DNA from: Amoeboradix gromovi X-113
Lineage: Eukaryota; Fungi; Sanchytriomycota
Reading direction: 5' to 3'
Assembly: GCA_018985225.1 (NCBI GenBank)
Contig: JADGIF010000236.1
Coordinates: 1-13,323, forward strand
Length of the DNA: 13,323 nt
Positions within the stretch are counted from its first letter, which is position 1; every line of letters starts with the position of its first letter. This document shows positions 1 through 7,265 of the stretch, piece after piece. Both the position numbers and the translations under genes were made by a program. The notes beneath the pieces are model-generated. The model saw nothing but the letters and a program-made list of their open reading frames with translations, was not told where the DNA came from and searched no databases.

Positions 1-444
1 ATCAACAAGAAAAAACAAAAAGAATCTGGAAAAGCGTTTAAAATGTCGTTCAAGAGCAAGAAAGATGGTGATTGTATTGAAATTAACAAAAGAGATTTTA
101 TAAAAACCTCTTTATTTCCAAGAACTCCATTTGGACAAGTGAAGGGTGTAGAGAAATGGTTTAATGACGATGTCAATGGTGCTGTTAAGATAACTCGAAA
201 TAGACTCAATCATTTCTTTGTCCATATTCCATCTGAATACATCCCAGAGGATCGAAAGATTATCGAAAAGGTTATTGCATTGGATCCAGGTGTGAGAAAG
301 TTTTTGACGGGATATGATAATAAGAATATTATAGAGTTTTGCTCGCACGAATTTGGGTATATCAAAAAGTATCTTTACGCGATAGACAAACTTCAATCAA
401 AGATGACCAAATGCCGCAAAAAGAAACGTCGACTGGATGTTTAA
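1..444 (+). pseudogene. Fanzor2 / IS607-type TnpB-like RNA-guided nuclease, N-terminal fragment (open at window start, truncated after RuvC-I)
   Basis: Frame +1 is open from base 1 (INKKKQKESGKAFKMSFKSKKD...). It contains FFVHIP and the RuvC-I motif VIALDPGVRKFLTGYD (Asp codon 283-285), then IDKLQSKMTKCRKKKRR. Similarity stops at ~433 with a stop at 442-444. DPGxRxFLTGY is typical of Fanzor2/IS607-associated TnpB. Confidence 0.88.
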
Positions 445-1427
445 AATCGACATTTTGGGTTCCGGCGATGACAAAATGATGGATTTATTATTTGCGGGAG
501 GCATTAAGGGTTTTCAAGATTCTTTTGGAAGCAGACTTGTTAACGTACCTCTTCAGCAATGGTATGCTCGAGATCTATCGAAACTTTGTGAAAATGAGTG
601 CCTTTATCAATTGATTTTTAAGTTTTACTGGCAAAAGCACAAACTATTGTCGTTCCTCGGAGCTCTGCGACTTCTTTGGAAGAAGTGATTTTATATCCGA
701 GGAAGATGATCAGATATTGATTAATGAGTTCAAAGTAAATGGAAGCACAGTTGCTTTTTAACAAGCGGAACAAAGAGATTACGCAAGTCATTTACCCATC
801 TTAGGAAGTCTCCTTTTCTTGCGGGAATTAATATATAGATGTGATCAAATCTAAAAATAAAATTGAGCTGCAAGTACAAGTTGAAAAGGAAATTACAAAG
901 ATCAATCAACAAGAGAACCAAAAAATGAGTCGTAAATGGTGCAGAGAGCGTCGCAATGAATTTCTGATTTTATTAAAGTCAAACTTCAACTCGACTAGAA
1001 TTTGAATCTGTTGCTGGTACTTCGAGGAAGTTTGATGGGCCTGAGCTCCTTAAAAACCTGATATTTTTAAGTTCACGTTCGAACGCTAACATTAAATACT
1101 CGTATTATGACAATTTACACAAATTATCGTGCTACGGAGATACAATTGCTGGCCAATAGCGCTCTTCTTGTCTTATCTGTATACTGCAATAATGGAGGCG
1201 GTGCCTCAGTTACGCTGGAAATGAATGTTCAGTAAGCATAAAGTTAAAACTTATATTGTGCTGTAAAACTTGTGGATGCGCAGGATTCTATTACATTAAG
1301 TGCATCATCAAAGGTAGTCACCTTCGTATTACTTGATATGCCGAAGAAACATCTCGTATTTGAAGCACGCTGCTGTTTTATTTATTGCGCTGCATACAAT
1401 TAGTATCAAATAAATCGTCTTTATTTC

Positions 1428-2890
1428 TTAATATAAAATCCACAATTCCGGGGGTAATAAGTCTTGCATAGCTGTCCAGGTGTATAAATACTTTGACTTG
1501 TTTAAATACTCAAAATATTCAACATTTTTCATGGATATTATTGTATCCATAAAATTTAACTCCAGTTCTTTGGATAATAAACCTTGAAATACCCGCATTC
1601 TAATTGGATTTTCTAATGCATCTTTTTCAGACGCTTTCCTAAAGACAATTTTGTCTTGGCTAGCAAAGCAAAAGATGTTTTGACTATTTCTATGATTTTT
1701 ATCACCATAACATTTTACATAGACAAATATATGCTTTAATGTAGATGCAAACATTGTCAATGCCTGGTCGTTTTCTGCTTCTCCTACAAAGTTCTTTATT
1801 AATAATAATTTACTATTGCTAGAATTCCATCTGAGCTCAAATGTTCCTTCACTTGCCTTAAGCATTCGACCGTAAATAACTTTCCAGGTATGTTTCCATC
1901 TGAAAACACATCATGTATTATAAAATCATACGTTTTTGCATTTCTTAAATAATCCAAACCATCCTCAATAGTTAGATTGACTGAGCTAGGTAAATCAAAC
2001 CATTTCTTTGCGGTGTATCCAACTAACGGATCCAACTCAGCAACTTCAACATTTAACCCATACTCAGTCATTGATCCTGCACTTATTCCCACACCTAGAC
2101 CAATAATAAGCGCTTGGCATCCCGTAACATCTCTCCTTGATAAAATTACGGCATCCGGTATGTAAAACTCCTCAAATGCTGAGTCATGAAAGCTCATGTA
2201 CATGGCACCAATAACTGAATGATGATGACGCTGGAATCTTAGGTTATTTTTGTTGTTGTGAATAACCTGAATAAACTCATTTTTATTCCAACTGCTAAAT
2301 AAAATATTGTAGTTCTGGGAAATTAGCTCGTTTTTGCAAAGCTTTTCTAAATTGTGCACAAGAGATATATCTAATACCAAAACTGATAGCAAAAAAAATC
2401 TTTTGTATTTCACAATTAGAACAATGGCAAGAAAGTAAAATATATATTGCGGATTAACATAAATCGGTAAATTTGGAAATAGTAATAAAAATAATGCAGT
2501 GATAGCGTATGTAAGTCTGCTCTGCTGGTTTGCTATTCTAAAATTAAGCGCGCAATACATTAATGCTAACTGCAAACCTGCCAGGAACAGCGGATGACTA
2601 TATTTCAAGGAATAAAAGGAAGCGTAACGGACAGCAGATGTAGTCATGGCATACAAAACAATGTGGAAACCAGGATTAGCTTGCTTAACCATGGTGTTGT
2701 AACCAATTAAAGTCATAGATATCCAAAATACCCACGGTTGAAAGAACTGATATAATGGATAAAGGTTGAGGTATTGAGCAAGAAAAAACGTAGGGCTAGA
2801 AATTACAGATCCCAGAACTGGTTTAAACAGCGTTTGCAGAGCTACGCAGTACATGTAATTTAATTTAATTGCTAAAACATCTTGAAGCAT
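1428..2890 (-). CDS. Membrane-anchored spermidine/spermine-synthase-like SAM-dependent transferase, 2 exons (2890..1814, 1793..1428), ~480 aa
   Basis: Hydrophobic multi-TM N-half followed by HHHSVIG, ALIIGLGVG (SAM-binding motif I), VAELDPLV...AKKWF, IEDG and YDFIIHDVFSDG. Splicing the 20-nt intron restores GILAI|NFVG, and the protein ends WTAMQDLLPPELWILY. Start taken at ATG 2890; the alternative ATG 2923 overlaps the ERO1 stop. Confidence 0.8.
1794..1813 (-). other. 20-nt spliceosomal intron GTAAATTATTATTAATAAAG (phase 0)
   Basis: GT...AG. Removal joins ORF 1799..2923 to ORF 1428..1865 in frame (GILAI|NFVGE). Confidence 0.85.
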
Positions 2891-2912
2891 CTCCAGGAAT
2901 TTAAAAAATGAT

Positions 2913-4035
2913 TTACAGTTCATCCTTTTTATTATGTTTTAGCGGATCATTCAGTAACGGAATTTTATGAAAGTTACCGCCTTTATAAGTGTATTTTGAG
3001 TTATCTTTAGTCTTTTGTTCAAAAAAATCTAACATTTTTATGCTTTCACTAAGTCTATTTAATGCATTTACAAAGAAGACGAGCTCCTGTCTTTGAAGTG
3101 GCTGATTGCTAGTTAATATTTTCAGTGCTGTTCCAATTCCTCCTACTTGTACTTTCCCCCTAGGTGAATATAAAATACCAAAGTCTGCACTTTTCACAGC
3201 CAACGCAGTCCATTATAGTGGAGATGTTGCTAAATTTCTGTTGCATATTAGTCAAAAAATTACCTCTTAATATCTCTTCACGGAATATGTTTTCATTCAT
3301 TGCAGGGCATTCCTTAATTGATAACAGCAGTTGGTCCATGAGTGACTTTATATGAAAATCCTCCCAGTCATTTCCCGTAATAATATTGATCATGTCATCC
3401 TGTATTTTGAACAAAGATTTAGTCATCATTGCAAACAAGGTCAACATATTCTTAATTCTTTCTGGAAATCTCCCAATTCTTTGCTCATAGCAGGTTGCAT
3501 TAGCTTTAAATGTTTCCGACTTTTCATCAAAGTATTCTCCACATATATGCATGCTTATAGATGTATGCAAGCCACTAACAATTTCATAAAACAAAACAGT
3601 TTCTTTGCAGTAATAAGGCGATTTGGTAAACTTTGATGGGATCTCAAAACAGTTTTCTTTGTATATAGCACTCCAAACCTGCCTAGCAGATTCGCCAGCG
3701 TATCCGGTATATCTCTCTGGGGATTCAATCAAATCAATCATATAGTCTGGATCTTCTTCAATTGAACAAAACGGATTATTTATTTTAATATTTTCTAATT
3801 TTACAGTATCCAAATCTATTTTGGTCTGATTGACAGAACAGTCTCTGCGCATACATAGCCCGTTTTCACTCCAAAAAGGACAATCTTTAAATAAGTTAAT
3901 ACTAACGAATCTGAAGTAATCCGTGGATATCAGAGACTGAAGTGTGGGATATATGTGCGTGTTTATATGGAGAACATCCTGAATTTTATTGTTAGATTTT
4001 GTCGCTGCGTAAAGAAAGAAGCCTGAAAAAATCAT
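2913..4035 (-). CDS. ERO1: ER oxidoreductin 1, 2 exons (4035..3179, 3159..2913), ~367 aa, ending in KDEL
   Basis: TDYFRF..NLFKDCPFW...GLC shuttle cysteines, PERYTGYAG...VWSAIYKENCF, SGLHTSISMHIC, and the inner active site MDCVGCEKCRLW|GKVQ..GIGTALKIL restored by a 19-nt intron. Short hydrophobic N-terminus from ATG 4035. Confidence 0.95.
3160..3178 (-). other. 19-nt spliceosomal intron GTATTTTATATTCACCTAG (phase 2)
   Basis: Removal gives TG|G GGG AAA GTA = W G K V, restoring the conserved ERO1 CEKCRLWGK motif. Confidence 0.92.
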
Positions 4036-4185
4036 TGACACAGTGTTTTAAGCTGTAAAGCATTCCTAAAATATATAGCCCTAGTTTAGTCAAAGCAATG
4101 AGTTGCCTCACTTTCAAACAAACAGTAAGTCCTGATTAAGACAGGAAGCGTATGCGTTTTTTACAGTAAATAAGACTTATAATTT

Positions 4186-4449
4186 TTATTTCTTTTGACC
4201 TTGCTGAGCTTTCTTGTAATCTTCGATTGTCTGCTCAACACGGTCCTTTTCCTTTTTAATAAAGTCTAGCCTTTTTTGAACGTTTGTAACGGCTTCTGTA
4301 TTATCTACAAGGGTTAAACCAACACCTCGGACTTTAAATACTTGGCATTCCTCTGTAAGTACTTCCAACTCTTTCAAAACTAGCTCGTTTTCATTAACTT
4401 GCGTCTGCAAGGTATGTAAGGATTGTATTTGCTGTTGAATGTCCGCCAT
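4186..4449 (-). CDS. PFD6: Prefoldin beta-type subunit, most like subunit 6 (Yke2/Gim1/PFDN6), ~87 aa from first ATG
   Basis: LQTQVNENELVLKELEVL....QVFK..G..L......EAVTNVQKRLDFIKKE matches the prefoldin 6 pattern (QLxENxxVxxE...YKLIGPVL...EAxxNVxKRLxFI). The ORF-track start at 4461 is TTG; the first ATG is 4449. Confidence 0.82.
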   Translation of the reverse strand: MADIQQQIQSLHTLQTQVNENELVLKELEVLTEECQVFKVRGVGLTLVDNTEAVTNVQKRLDFIKKEKDRVEQTIEDYKKAQQGQKK

Positions 4450-4493
4450 TGCAATCTCCAATGTTTCTAAATATCTGTATAGGATAAAACAAG
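4450..4493. promoter_or_regulatory. Putative minimal bidirectional promoter region between divergent PFD6 and PUS7
   Basis: Only 44 bp separate the two head-to-head ATGs. AT-rich. Promoter function is inferred from gene geometry only. Confidence 0.45.
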
Positions 4494-6278
4494 ATGCAAA
4501 GAAAAAGGGTAAAAACCAATGCTATTGCAGAGTGCAATGTAGCAATAGTGAAATTCCGGAACCCTGATAGTGTTAAAGTTGAAGGAGTATTAAAGCAAAA
4601 CACATTCGACTTCATAGTCCAAGAGATTGACTTAAACCAACAAGTTGTTGAGTATAAAGGTGTAGATTTGCCTCTCACAGAGACCGAAAGCATACTACAT
4701 GAAGAAGAATGGTTCAATTCGATTTCTGACAATGAATCGATTCAGAAATACTATACTTTGGACGAAATAAAAATATTAAAAGATGATTTGCTATCTATTA
4801 TAAATAAAAAACAAGGCAACTTGTTTTTTAAAATGATAGCAGACAAGCAAGATCGCAAGTCTATACACTTTTTGTTCAAGTCGGTGGGTAACTTGTACAC
4901 ACAATCAAAAGATAACTTAATTCAAGTCTGTTACGGAACTGAAAGAAAGAACAATAAACCTTTTATCAACTGGAAGGAGCGAGGTGGTTCTTATTTGGAA
5001 TTCTGTCTCATTAAATCAAACATTGATACAATGCAAGCAGTGTTTGAAATCGCTAAAAGGTCCAAATTACAATCAAAATCTTTCTCATACGCGGGAACAA
5101 AAGATAAAAGAGCATTCACCAGCCAGCTAGTTAGATGCTATAGAGTGGAGTCTAAGAGAATAGCTAATATTCCTTTTAACTTCTCCAAAGACAGCATCAA
5201 GAAAATCAAGCTTTGCAATTTTAAATACGTCGAGGATCCATTGCGCTTAGGGGACTGCTATGGAAACAGGTTTGTTGTTGTATTAAGAGACGTATGCATT
5301 AGAGATTCCGAGTTTACATTTGAAGAGCTAACAAAAACTGTTAACAACTCTTTTACAGCGCTTCGTGACAACGGGTTTATTAATTACTTTGGGATGCAAA
5401 GATTCGGTAACTCTTCAGTTGGTACTCATGATCTAGGGAAGCTGGTTATTCTCAAAGGCTGGCGTAACCTGATTCAAGCTATTCTCGATCCTAGGATTGG
5501 AGAGTCACCATGTATATCAGAGGCAAGGCAGATATTTAAAGACACCAATGATGCAAAATTAGCTTATGATGCATTCCCGAACTCGTGTATTGCAGAAAGG
5601 AGTGTTTTGAGCCATTTAAAAGAGTCTAAGAACGACTTCCATGGCGCGTTTATGAAAATTCCTAGGAACTTAAGAACAATGTACGCTCATGCTTATCAGT
5701 CCTATATTTGGAATACAATGGTTAACAAAAGAATAGATCTGTTTGGTTTTAATGTTGCAATCGGTGATTTGGTACTGGATCATGCAATCGATTTGGAGAG
5801 AAATACAAGAGGTGTCAAAGTGCTTAACCCGATAAAAGTGACTGAATCTAACATCGAGCGTTATTCTATATACGATGTAGTCTTAACACTACCCGGTTCA
5901 TGCGTTGAGTTTCCATGTAATTTAGAAGCTGAATACTCGGAACTACTCGAGAAGGAGGGAATAGACATGGATGCCTGGAGTGATGATCCTCAATTGAACC
6001 TTTCGGGTACATACAGGCATATGGTGTCAAGAGCCGTTGATTTGGTTTGGGACATTTATAAATACGATAAAATGGAACCTATGCATACTCTATTTGGCGA
6101 AGAACCTATCTCAGGTAACAATACAGAAGGGGCTAACTATGCATTGAAGGTTCAGGTATCTTTAAAATCCTCTAGTTATGTGACTATGATGTTGCGCGAA
6201 GTAGCTTCAACTGTTGACCGCCTCCTCGTTAAAAGTCCTGATTTCCGAGAAAATGGAGAATTTCCACAGAGAAACTAG
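4494..6278 (+). CDS. PUS7: Pseudouridine synthase TruD/Pus7 family, 594 aa
   Basis: GVLKQ..FDFIVQEID, catalytic loop FSYAGTKDKRAFTSQ, LRLGD.YGNRF, GFINYFGMQRFG, MYAHAYQSYIWN, LSGTYR and SSYVTMMLRE. The last ~20 residues (DRLLVKSPDFRENGEFPQRN) overlap the antisense Fanzor right end. Confidence 0.96.
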   Translation: MQRKRVKTNAIAECNVAIVKFRNPDSVKVEGVLKQNTFDFIVQEIDLNQQVVEYKGVDLPLTETESILHEEEWFNSISDNESIQKYYTLDEIKILKDDLLSIINKKQGNLFFKMIADKQDRKSIHFLFKSVGNLYTQSKDNLIQVCYGTERKNNKPFINWKERGGSYLEFCLIKSNIDTMQAVFEIAKRSKLQSKSFSYAGTKDKRAFTSQLVRCYRVESKRIANIPFNFSKDSIKKIKLCNFKYVEDPLRLGDCYGNRFVVVLRDVCIRDSEFTFEELTKTVNNSFTALRDNGFINYFGMQRFGNSSVGTHDLGKLVILKGWRNLIQAILDPRIGESPCISEARQIFKDTNDAKLAYDAFPNSCIAERSVLSHLKESKNDFHGAFMKIPRNLRTMYAHAYQSYIWNTMVNKRIDLFGFNVAIGDLVLDHAIDLERNTRGVKVLNPIKVTESNIERYSIYDVVLTLPGSCVEFPCNLEAEYSELLEKEGIDMDAWSDDPQLNLSGTYRHMVSRAVDLVWDIYKYDKMEPMHTLFGEEPISGNNTEGANYALKVQVSLKSSSYVTMMLREVASTVDRLLVKSPDFRENGEFPQRN

Positions 6279-6644
6279 TATTCTGGTAAACCCGCTAAAG
6301 TGATCGGTCACGCTTTCACTACCCTGAGGCGGGATTGAATAAGGATGCAGATACTTGATGTATATGCTCCTTGCTGCCATATGGTCTCTATCTATCTCCA
6401 AATGACACTTTGTACAGCTGTAGCTTTGTAAGTTGGTTTTCTTTAGAGTACCACAGCTTGTACATGTCTGACTAGTAAATGATTCATTGCATTCGATTAT
6501 CGTCTTTCCTCTTTGCTTACACCTGAACTTCAAGCGTTCCTTGAATGCGTAATGGGACATTGTAGCCATGTTTCTTGCGACCTTGCTCTACAAGCTACTT
6601 AGCATCTGGATCGTATTGAACGATGGCAAGTATATAAGATCATG
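6207..6644 (-). pseudogene. Fanzor2 / IS607-type TnpB-like nuclease, C-terminal fragment with one in-frame TAG
   Basis: Reading upstream of the 120-aa ORF in frame gives HDLIYLPSFNTIQMLSSL*SKVARNMATMSHYAFKERLKFRCKQRGKTIIECNESFTSQTCTSCG...CTKC.LEIDRDHMAARSIYIKYL. This includes the LP.F motif, the shifted RuvC-II Glu (6485-6483), a CxxC-CxxC Zn finger and the RuvC-III Asp (6386-6384). TAG at 6590-6588. Nothing Fanzor-like upstream of ~6646. Confidence 0.9.
6214..6345 (-). ncRNA. Putative Fanzor omegaRNA scaffold / transposon right end
   Basis: Lies immediately 3' of the nuclease's conserved C-terminus (ARSIYIKYL). On the - strand it can form stems AATCCCGC(6336-6329)/GCGGGTTT(6295-6288, 1 mismatch), AGTGA/TCACT, GTGA-CCGA-TCAC and TGGA-AATTC-TCCA, plus a long-range CCGCCTC(6332-6326)/GAGGCGG(6224-6218) pairing, and ends ...GAGGAGGCGG-TCAA. 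TnpB/Fanzor omegaRNAs are known to derive from this position. Boundaries are inferred. Confidence 0.6.
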
Positions 6645-7265
6645 TCTTTGTATGCTGTAGCAATTAATTCTTCTTTAGATCTGACATGTTCAGAATGACA
6701 TCCATTGATTCTTTTTACCATTTGCGAGATGAAGAATATCGAGTACTTAAGGTATTTGAAGAGTCATGCAGTTGTATAAAAATACATACAGATTATTGAT
6801 AAATGATTTATTTTACAAAATTCAACGGCTTTCCAATGGTCTGATGGCTTCTTTTTTCCATAAAACTCTCGATTTCAGCTTAAAAGAGTTCGATCGGATT
6901 ACAAGAGCTATATCGCCTCAATATACTCTGTTTCTAATTTAAACTGCAAAGAAACTCCAAATTATTTCTTTTCATCAATTGCAAAAGGCTCCAAATCATA
7001 TTGTCCCGAATATGTCAATCTCAAGACATCGGATAGATGCAGAACACAGTCTTTTACATCCAAATGTCATATTTGGGTTACACAGCTCAGTAGCGTCCCA
7101 CTAGTGTGGTACAGAGTGAAAAATAAATTATAATTCTACTCTTTTGAAATCATATTTTTAATGTAAGGTCTAGTTATGTTTGACTTCAAATTTGTCGACG
7201 TTTGATGTTCCACATGCTTAAAAATCCACATTGTGCGCTTAAAAGGAAGTTCTCCTTTTTCTCAC

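Noticed and set aside
437-921. ORFs 437..688 (+) and 730..921 (-) as real genes
   Set aside because: No recognisable motifs. Possible intron-mediated joins do not fit the 19-20 nt GTA/-6A pattern. Treated only as possible decayed sequence.
905-924. ATCAACAAGA match between 1-10 and 905-914
   Set aside because: A-rich 10-mer with no extended similarity, and the first copy lies inside the Fanzor coding frame. Likely chance.
6588-6590. In-frame TAG in the Fanzor fragment as evidence for TAA/TAG-to-Gln recoding
   Set aside because: Gln-rich SMC2 runs >1000 codons with no TAA/TAG, and TAA ends TPS, ERO1 (right after KDEL) and PFD6 at sensible positions. The code is standard, so this is a nonsense mutation.
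7060-7076. Small hairpin CCAAAT-GTCAT-ATTTGG upstream of TPS
   Set aside because: A 6-bp stem in AT-rich DNA is expected by chance, with no supporting context.
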